A stretch of DNA of 64,000 nt from Candidatus Bathyarchaeota archaeon. GTDB taxonomy: Archaea; Thermoproteota; Bathyarchaeia; Bathyarchaeales; Bathycorpusculaceae. The translations under genes and the position numbers were made by a program. Shown in pieces: positions 57,177 through 64,000 of the stretch. Every line of letters starts with the position of its first letter. Positions within the stretch are counted from its first letter, which is position 1. The stretch spans positions 1,344,001 to 1,408,000 of the forward strand of contig CAWEPZ010000011.1 of assembly GCA_963811105.1 (NCBI GenBank). The letters run 5' to 3'. A model generated the notes under the pieces. That model was not told the DNA's origin and ran no database searches. It saw only the letters and a program-made list of their open reading frames with translations.

Positions 57177-59210
57177 TTAGGTTTTCTTTAGGCATCCTTC
57201 TCTGGGTTCGTAAATTGTGCCTTCACGTAGCAATTGGCTTATCATACGTTCAACTTCAGCTCTAGGAATCTTTGCTTTGGTTTCCAACTCGTTGACAAGA
57301 GCATCTTTCTCCACTATGCCAGTCACTTTCTCCATATTCATCAGCGTTGATAGCACAATTGACAGTCTGTCTCGCAGAGTTTTGGGTCTTCCAGTCATGA
57401 TTAAGTCAATATCAACCTTATAATTCGACAAGTCAATTCCCACCTCTTCCAACGACCGCTTCATTATAGCTATGGCTGCACCTGCATCTTCACCTGTAAC
57501 CTCCTTGCGCAAAGCCACACGCGCTCGAGCTTCCGATATGCGAACCAGAGATTCAAGTTGGCGGGCTGTTATTGCAACCGGTGAGCCTTCAGTTTCGCTT
57601 GCCGAACGCATGGCTAAATAGAAATCGCTTAGAGCCTTTAATGCTTCATTGCCAAGCACCGGTTTAATGCCTTTAGCATAGCTAACGTATTTCCGCAGTA
57701 GCTCTGCATCTACCTGCGCTTCTATGGGGCTTGATCCCCTACGATGGATTTCCAAGATATGCTGAGTCATCTTATAATCTGCATCTTTGTTGGGTACATC
57801 TCGCAGGACGAAGATTAGGTCAAAACGGGAAAGGATAGTAACTGGTAATGGGACGTTTTCGGCGACGGTTCTGTTTGGTTCATATCTACCTAAGGTTGGG
57901 TTGGCTGCTGCAAGCACCGCAGTTCTAGCGTTCAGAGTGGCGACAATTCCACCTTTTGCGACCGAGACTGTGTGCTGCTCCATAGCTTCGTGAATGGCGA
58001 CTCGGTCCTCCGGTCGCATCTTGTCCATTTCGTCAATGCATGCGATTCCTTTGTCCGCCAGCACGAGTGCGCCTGCTTCAAGGCTCATGCTTCCACCTTT
58101 CTCTCTTACCACTGCAGCAGTTAAGCCTGCAGCGGTTGTTCCTCTACCCGAAGTATAGAGTCCTCTTGGAGCAATTCGTGCAACGTACTGAAGCAGTTGT
58201 GATTTGGCTGTACCAGGATCACCAATTAGTAAGGCATTCATTTCTCCTCTGACGTTTACGTCTGGGAGGCTTTTTGAGACTCCGCCGAAGAGCAGGTACA
58301 TTATTGCTTCCTTAATGTGTTCATAGCCAAAGATTGAGGGTGCAATAGAACTCATGATTTTTTTGTGTACCCATGGGTCTTGTGAGAGGGCATGAATTTT
58401 TGCTTCCTCTTCAGGCGTAGCCGGCGACGTTTCTGGTTCTTTGCCTAACACCTCTACAGAGTTAGCATCTAGTTGCAGAATGAATGTTCGGAGTTTTCCC
58501 ATACCCATCAGGGAAGGCGCAAAAGCTCGAACGATTCCAACTATGCTTATATGGTCGCCGGGTCTAGCGACATCAACTATATCGTCACCGACAAGTTTCA
58601 CGGCTAATGTTCGCGGTAATTGCCCTGGCGGTAAATCCTCAGGTTTTTCCTGTAGGCGAAGATCCTGAGAATCTATAAAACTGGATTCTTCTTGAGCGAA
58701 CTCAAATGGTCCGTCTCTGCCACAGTCAGGGGCTTGGCAAATGGCTGGCGCTTTTAGGAATTGCCCGGTTTGTTCGACCATGTTCATAGTTCCACATCGT
58801 TTGCATTTGAATGCTCCCTGCAAAACCATTGGGCGGACTGGTGTGGCTCTAACTATTATGCCTTCAACCATGATAAGCTTAGCCATTTGTTTTGAGCCTA
58901 ATTTTCTAAGCTGCTCTTTCCCCAGAAGCTGCACGATTCTGACGTTGATTTTTTCTATTTTTTCTGCGTATTCAGCGTCTTCAATTCGGAGTTGTTCGTA
59001 AGCTCCTTTTCCTGCATGCTGCAGGTATTCTTCTGGTTTGTTTAATAGTAACTCGGCAAGTTCTTGGTCAAAACCATAAAGCTCTTCAAAATCTATTACT
59101 ATCGAGTTCTTTCCTGAGATGGCTAACTGCGCGATTCTCTGACGATATTTTTCTTTCTTAAAGAACTCTTGAAAAAGTTGCTGCGGATCAACAGTTACTT
59201 CACTAGCCAT
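57177..59210 (-). CDS. mcm: MCM replicative helicase
   Basis: Zn finger, PPGQLPR, GDPGTAKSQ, CIDEMDKM, LSRFDL, ITARQLESL and C-terminal wH. Likely start is ATG 59210. No intein. Confidence 0.97.
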   Translation of the reverse strand: MASEVTVDPQQLFQEFFKKEKYRQRIAQLAISGKNSIVIDFEELYGFDQELAELLLNKPEEYLQHAGKGAYEQLRIEDAEYAEKIEKINVRIVQLLGKEQLRKLGSKQMAKLIMVEGIIVRATPVRPMVLQGAFKCKRCGTMNMVEQTGQFLKAPAICQAPDCGRDGPFEFAQEESSFIDSQDLRLQEKPEDLPPGQLPRTLAVKLVGDDIVDVARPGDHISIVGIVRAFAPSLMGMGKLRTFILQLDANSVEVLGKEPETSPATPEEEAKIHALSQDPWVHKKIMSSIAPSIFGYEHIKEAIMYLLFGGVSKSLPDVNVRGEMNALLIGDPGTAKSQLLQYVARIAPRGLYTSGRGTTAAGLTAAVVREKGGSMSLEAGALVLADKGIACIDEMDKMRPEDRVAIHEAMEQHTVSVAKGGIVATLNARTAVLAAANPTLGRYEPNRTVAENVPLPVTILSRFDLIFVLRDVPNKDADYKMTQHILEIHRRGSSPIEAQVDAELLRKYVSYAKGIKPVLGNEALKALSDFYLAMRSASETEGSPVAITARQLESLVRISEARARVALRKEVTGEDAGAAIAIMKRSLEEVGIDLSNYKVDIDLIMTGRPKTLRDRLSIVLSTLMNMEKVTGIVEKDALVNELETKAKIPRAEVERMISQLLREGTIYEPREGCLKKT

Positions 59211-59211
59211 C

Positions 59212-59766
59212 TTACTTTTCTCCTTCATTTTCTAAAATATTTGTTTTCCATTGAGAGATTAGTTTTACCAGTTGACCGTAGAGAATTTTTTCTTCGTTTG
59301 AGAGTTTTTTTGTGACTTGCTCACTTTGGCTGGGTGCCGTTGAAAGGGAGACTATTTTTTTGAGCCTTGAATTGACAATGTCTTTGGCCAAATGCTTGGT
59401 TTTTTCGTATTCATTTATTCGCTCAGGTTGTCTTGAAATTTCTTCTTTTAAGGTGGCAAGGTAACGTCTAAGTTTAGGATAAAAATCATCCGGTAACTCA
59501 GAAATCTGTCCGGGAATTTGCACGCCCTCTTTCCACTGCACCTTGAAAAGTCTCGTGGCATCCAAAATGTCGTCTTCGCGGAAATGAACCATTCCAGAAC
59601 TCGCGAGCTCTTTTGCAACCCAAAAATAAGCTTCATATTCGTTTCCCTCATCAAAAGGACCGACTGTTAAACCGGAAAGCTTGATTTCTGGGCAGTTTTT
59701 GTTAGCAACAATCTTAACCAGCGAATTCTCGTAAGAGAAATCTAACGTGCTAATTTTGGTTGCCAA
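59212..59766 (-). CDS. GINS subunit Gins23
   Basis: B-A domain order (FWVAKEL...ISELPDDFY...RLKKI...LSNEEKILY), immediately upstream of mcm. Confidence 0.82.
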   Translation of the reverse strand: MATKISTLDFSYENSLVKIVANKNCPEIKLSGLTVGPFDEGNEYEAYFWVAKELASSGMVHFREDDILDATRLFKVQWKEGVQIPGQISELPDDFYPKLRRYLATLKEEISRQPERINEYEKTKHLAKDIVNSRLKKIVSLSTAPSQSEQVTKKLSNEEKILYGQLVKLISQWKTNILENEGEK

Positions 59767-59897
59767 TTCTCTTTTTCCCTCTCAAGTCCTTTTGCTTTTC
59801 CTTTTGTGGGGTTCAACAGATAAGGCGATTACCGTTTTAAGGGTTTGCACTAGAAAAAAATGCAAAATATAACTGAGACTTAGCAAAGTTTATGTGT

Positions 59898-61148
59898 TTA
59901 AGGCCATAAGCCCAATGTCTTTATGGCGTTTGCCACTCTTCCTACACCCAGCATTAAGGCGCCCGTGCGCATATCGCTCTCTTCCTTCTGAGCAATAGAT
60001 ACTACGTCATTGAAAGCTTTGGTCATTTTAATTTCAAGTTTCCGGTTTACCTTTTCCAGTGGCCACTGCTCGCGAGTTAGGTTTTGTACCCATTCATAAT
60101 AGCTAACTGTTACTCCGCCGCTGTTGGCAAGAATGTCTGGGATTATACAGATTTCTTTCTCATTCAATATCTTATCTGCTTCAGGTGTTGTTGGTCCGTT
60201 TGCGGCTTCAGCAACCATTTTTGCTTTGATTTTGTTCGCGTTTTTGCTAGTGATTTGGTTCTCCAGTGCTGCAGGAATCAGTACATCACAGGGTAATTCG
60301 AGGAGTTCTTCGTTGGTGATGTTTTTGCAGCCCTTGTAGTTCTGTAGGATTTTGGTTTTTCCTTTTTGTGCAAAAACGTCCACAGGGTTTAAGCCGTCTG
60401 CGCAGAAAATTCCTCCTGTAGAGTCGCTTATGGCTATTATTTTGCAGCCTTCTTCTTGCGCTGCCACCGCCGCATTGTAGCCTACATTACCGAAGCCTTG
60501 AATGGCTACGGTAGCGTTTTTGAGTTTAAGCTGATTATTTTCTGCCGCTTGCTTAACACAGTGAATAACTCCTCTTCCGGTGGCTTCCGCTCTGCCCCAA
60601 GAACCTCCGATTTCAACGGGTTTACCAGTGACGCTTTCGGGGATGCTATAGCCTTTTAGTTGGCTGTAGGTGTCCATTATCCAAGCCATGGTTTGTGCGT
60701 CTGTGTACATGTCTGGTGCGGGAATGTCGCGGTGCGGTCCAAGGTAATCTACGATTAAGCTTACGTATCTTCTAGTTAATCGTTCAAGTTCGTGTTTGCT
60801 CATCTTTTTAGAATCAACACATACGCCGCCTTTTGCCCCGCCAAACGGGATGTCAGCTATCGCACATTTCCAAGTCATCAACATTGCTAATGCCGTAACG
60901 TTGTCAAGGGTAACGTTTGGGCTGTAGCGGATTCCGCCTTTGAATGGTCCGCGTGCATCCCAATGTTGAACTCGAACTCCGTTGAATACGCCAACTGTTC
61001 CGTTATCCATTCGAATGTCTATGCTGACGCTCATCGAACGTTTTGCCTGGCTTAGCATTTTGTAAATACTAGAATCTAACTCCAGCTTCTTAGTTGCAAG
61101 TTTAAGTTGACATAGGGCGTCAGTTAATGTTGTGTGATCTTCCGCCAT
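59898..61148 (-). CDS. gdhA: Glutamate dehydrogenase
   Basis: RVQH, GPFKGGIRY, MTWKCA, GGAKGG, DIPAPD, IQGFGNVG, EAANGP and GGVTVSYYEW. Confidence 0.95.
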   Translation of the reverse strand: MAEDHTTLTDALCQLKLATKKLELDSSIYKMLSQAKRSMSVSIDIRMDNGTVGVFNGVRVQHWDARGPFKGGIRYSPNVTLDNVTALAMLMTWKCAIADIPFGGAKGGVCVDSKKMSKHELERLTRRYVSLIVDYLGPHRDIPAPDMYTDAQTMAWIMDTYSQLKGYSIPESVTGKPVEIGGSWGRAEATGRGVIHCVKQAAENNQLKLKNATVAIQGFGNVGYNAAVAAQEEGCKIIAISDSTGGIFCADGLNPVDVFAQKGKTKILQNYKGCKNITNEELLELPCDVLIPAALENQITSKNANKIKAKMVAEAANGPTTPEADKILNEKEICIIPDILANSGGVTVSYYEWVQNLTREQWPLEKVNRKLEIKMTKAFNDVVSIAQKEESDMRTGALMLGVGRVANAIKTLGLWP

Positions 61149-61264
61149 AATAGTTCCTTCTAACAAGATTGTTAATCAGTGGTAGGTAGATAAGATTTAC
61201 TTTACGCGTTTTCCATGTGTTTGGTTGATGCTTTTGTATACCGATATTTCCATATGGTTAATGG

Positions 61265-61280
61265 TATGACAATTGTCATA
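61265..61280. promoter_or_regulatory. Perfect 16-bp palindrome, putative operator
   Basis: TATGACAATTGTCATA between gdhA and the divergent pseudogene start at 61309. Confidence 0.5.
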
Positions 61281-61308
61281 TTAGTGCTTAACCTGGTGAA
61301 GAAATCTG

Positions 61309-62089
61309 ATGAAGAAGAAACTACTCCAAATCTGCTTTTTCATTTTCCTATTTGGGCTGCTATTAATAACTCCAGTAGGCAAGTCTTGGCTGGCACTGAA
61401 TGGAATTTGCAAGTAACCAATATTGCAAATACTTCTGTTAGTTATGGTTACAATCAGCTTTTGGCTGTGCCTAAAACTACTGTAAGCGCTAATCTATTCT
61501 GTTACGGCGATCTGTTTACTAATGATGACTGGGGTGGAGTAAGCCTCAGCTATATACTTCAACAAGTAGGCTTGGATCTTGCAATTGATTCTGTCAATTT
61601 TTTTGGCTCAAGACGGATACACAGTAAGTCTTCCCTTGAAGGAGGCCATCGGATGTAATCATAGCTTACCAGCTAAATGACGTAGCTCTGCCTGAAACAC
61701 TACGTTTGGTATTTCCTGAAGCAATGGGACATGGGGATTTCAATGATCACTTCAATAACCCTGAGTACTTCAGCAGCTCAATCTGGAACTATTGATGGAG
61801 CGTCCCTTAACACCGCAAATTGGCACTCTTCTACTCAGCAACAAGAACCTATCCAAAAGCAAAATACTGCTCATATAAATGAGACAAGAACTGAACCAGC
61901 AGCGCCTAAAACAAACTCAACCTTACCTACCAGACAGCATCTGTGCAGCAGGAATCAAACCCTGAAAGCTAAAGCTTTCCATTTGTGGTTATCATTGGAA
62001 TCACGCTTGGGGCAACTTCTGCTTTAATGCTAGCCTCACTGGCTCTGATCAGAAGGCGCAATATCCGAGAGACCTATTCCTCCTCTTGA
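61309..62089 (+). pseudogene. Secreted molybdopterin-dependent oxidoreductase (sulfite oxidase/MsrP-like) pseudogene
   Basis: Signal peptide MKKKLLQICFF..., WNLQV...LFCYG...WGGVSL, AQDGY, IIAYQLND..L.ETLRLVFP and C-terminal TM+RRR, spread over several frames. Confidence 0.75.
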
Positions 62090-62175
62090 CCAGTTTTTAT
62101 CAATCTCATTAGTCTCTTCTATTTCTAAAAAGAGAGAAGTTTCATAGCGAGCAGAATGAAAAATAAGGGTTAGCG

Positions 62176-62502
62176 CTAGATTTTTTCGAGATATTCTTCA
62201 AACTGCTTTCTATCCCTTAAGCATTGAGGGCAAACGCAACTGAAGGGCAGATTTTTTGTGGTACATAACTCATTGTATTTGCAGTCTTTGCATGAGAACT
62301 CTTTTGCACAGCGGGTGCATTTTTGTAGAAAAACAACTTCAGAGTTTAAAATGCTACCTACTGTTTCTATGAGTTTCTCAATATTATTATAACTTTTAAC
62401 GGAATAGAGGGCTACATCTCGTTCATACTCCAACCCGAGCCGTATTAGGAGAAGGAACTTTTCTTTTTCAACCCTTGGAAGCTTGAAACCCTTTGGATTC
62501 AA
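62176..62502 (-). CDS. Cys-rich hypothetical protein
   Basis: CTRC...CKDC...C...CVCPQC, 25 bp downstream of rfcL on the same strand. Confidence 0.65.
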   Translation of the reverse strand: MNPKGFKLPRVEKEKFLLLIRLGLEYERDVALYSVKSYNNIEKLIETVGSILNSEVVFLQKCTRCAKEFSCKDCKYNELCTTKNLPFSCVCPQCLRDRKQFEEYLEKI

Positions 62503-62526
62503 AACTATTACCGTTGGCGTTTTCTC

Positions 62527-63759
62527 CTAGTACTTGTTCATTTTTGTTAGGAAATCTACCTCTTCAGGTGTGAATTTGAACCAGTCTATTAATGGTTCTG
62601 ATTTTTGCTTTTGTAGCATTATTTTGATGAAGGGGACAAAATCGTGCTTAGCTATTGAGTGGGAAACGTGGCATTGGGCTCCAATTTTGCCGCAGATATT
62701 ATTAAGCGTGGCTCTTTTGCCTTTAGTCCAAAACAAAGTTATGATCCTAATCGGCGGAGAAATAAACTCGAAAGGCTTGTAAGATTCAGGTGCAACTGCC
62801 GCTGCTTGAGATAGGGAGTTGAAGAAGTACTTTAGAAGATGCCAATACTCTGTTCCGATTCTTCCCCGAAATACATCTGCTTGAGAAACAAAATCATATG
62901 CGGCTGCTAGTTCATCTAAGTTTGTATATCGTCTTGGAAGGTTATCTGCAACTGACATGATAAACTCGTCATAGTCTATGCTTGAGCGGCTAAGTAAGCT
63001 GGATGCTTCGGCAACAGATTTTGCACTGAAAAAGCCACTCATTGTTTCATCCATGTTAATGTCTTTGTTTCTTGACGACAGCACCATGGTGTCTTGGTAG
63101 GTAAGGATACGTTTTTCTTCGCTGAGGCTTTGCAAATCATTTATGGCTGATCGTACGTCGCCCCTGCTGTTTTGCGCTATCCTTTCAAGCGCTTCGAACT
63201 CTGCTTTCACATGCTCCAGCAAACAAATCTTCTGCAAGAGTGCAATGAGAAGTGGAATTCGTATTTGGTGAAAACGTATTAGCAAACAAACTTTTTTTAG
63301 CGGTCTAAGTTTGTCTATATCTGGGTCGTTTGCTGCCATTATTACTGGCACTCGCGATTTTTCAACGATATCTATTATTGCGCTTACTCCGCCTCTATCC
63401 TCGTTGCCTGCAATGCCATCAACCTCATCGAGAAAAAGAATGTTACCTTTGCTCTTAGCAGTGAAAGTATCTAAGGCGAGATATGACGTCGCTGGTTTTG
63501 CAATCGCGTTGACAGCTTTTTCGGATCTTGTATCGCTTGCATTCATTTCAATAATTGTAGAGCCGAACTCTTTTGCGGCGGCATTAACAAGCGCGGTTTT
63601 GCCAACACCTGGTGGGCCATAGAGAAGAACTGCTTTTTTTGCTGTTTTACGCTTGCCGTTTAGCCATTCAAGAAAGGTAGCTTTCGCTTCTTCATTTCCA
63701 ACAATATCCTCTATCTTTTTTGGGCGATACTTCTCAACCCATAAAAGATCATTTCTCAA
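62527..63759 (-). CDS. rfcL: Replication factor C large subunit
   Basis: WVEKYRPK, GPPGVGKT, EMNASD, LDEVDG and GDVRSAINDL. Confidence 0.94.
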   Translation of the reverse strand: MRNDLLWVEKYRPKKIEDIVGNEEAKATFLEWLNGKRKTAKKAVLLYGPPGVGKTALVNAAAKEFGSTIIEMNASDTRSEKAVNAIAKPATSYLALDTFTAKSKGNILFLDEVDGIAGNEDRGGVSAIIDIVEKSRVPVIMAANDPDIDKLRPLKKVCLLIRFHQIRIPLLIALLQKICLLEHVKAEFEALERIAQNSRGDVRSAINDLQSLSEEKRILTYQDTMVLSSRNKDINMDETMSGFFSAKSVAEASSLLSRSSIDYDEFIMSVADNLPRRYTNLDELAAAYDFVSQADVFRGRIGTEYWHLLKYFFNSLSQAAAVAPESYKPFEFISPPIRIITLFWTKGKRATLNNICGKIGAQCHVSHSIAKHDFVPFIKIMLQKQKSEPLIDWFKFTPEEVDFLTKMNKY

Positions 63760-64000
63760 TAGTTTTCCCCTAAGGCTTTACCGAATTTTGCGAATTGAGC
63801 AAGTAAAGCGCTTAACTGGATATCGCTATTGGCTCCTTGTGTTAAGCGGTAATCATATTCACCAATGACATTTGATAGTTCAGCTTTTTGTTCAGGCGTG
63901 AGATCAGACATTTTGAAGATTTCCCGCTGTACTTGACGTATTATTTCGGAACCTGAAAAACCATAAGACCCCATTATTTCATACATTGTCTTTCTTGCCT
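63756..64000 (-). CDS. rfcS: Replication factor C small subunit (C-terminal part; runs off the window)
   Basis: GEYDYRLTQGANSDIQLSALLA, overlapping the rfcL start by 4 nt. Confidence 0.88.
   Translation of the reverse strand, partial: ARKTMYEIMGSYGFSGSEIIRQVQREIFKMSDLTPEQKAELSNVIGEYDYRLTQGANSDIQLSALLAQFAKFGKALGENY

Noticed and set aside
170-63868. Numerous 60-150 aa antisense or nested ORFs in the six-frame track
   Set aside because: They lie opposite or inside well-supported genes and have no independent motifs.

Overview
This is an archaeal chromosomal window. Gene content and order (PolD, Elf1, Gins23 next to MCM, Zn-insert PriS, PQQ-like beta-propeller surface protein) point to the TACK group, most likely Bathyarchaeia (inference). 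It spans a Cdc6/Orc1-linked replication origin (four ORB-like boxes around an AT-rich unwinding element, ~10429-11012). It also carries most of the replisome (DP1, DP2, PCNA, PriL, PriS, Gins51, Gins23, MCM, RFC-L, RFC-S) and conserved translation/RNA-processing operons. The most interesting unexplained structure is directly beside the origin: three uncharacterised helix-turn-helix proteins, one of them a membrane-anchored coiled-coil/winged-helix protein, interleaved with three dense arrays of GTGA(A/T/C) repeats. This is a candidate origin-tethering/chromosome-segregation system. Other signals missing from the ORF track are an in-frame 46-codon remnant of aIF2-alpha at its canonical locus, nop10, a box C/D sRNA, a long G-U-rich hairpin with a potential pseudoknot, a decayed tRNA-Arg(TCT), and wecB and molybdopterin-oxidoreductase pseudogenes. 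No CRISPR array, rRNA, intact tRNA, transposase or intein was seen. All family assignments come from motif recognition by eye, not database searches.
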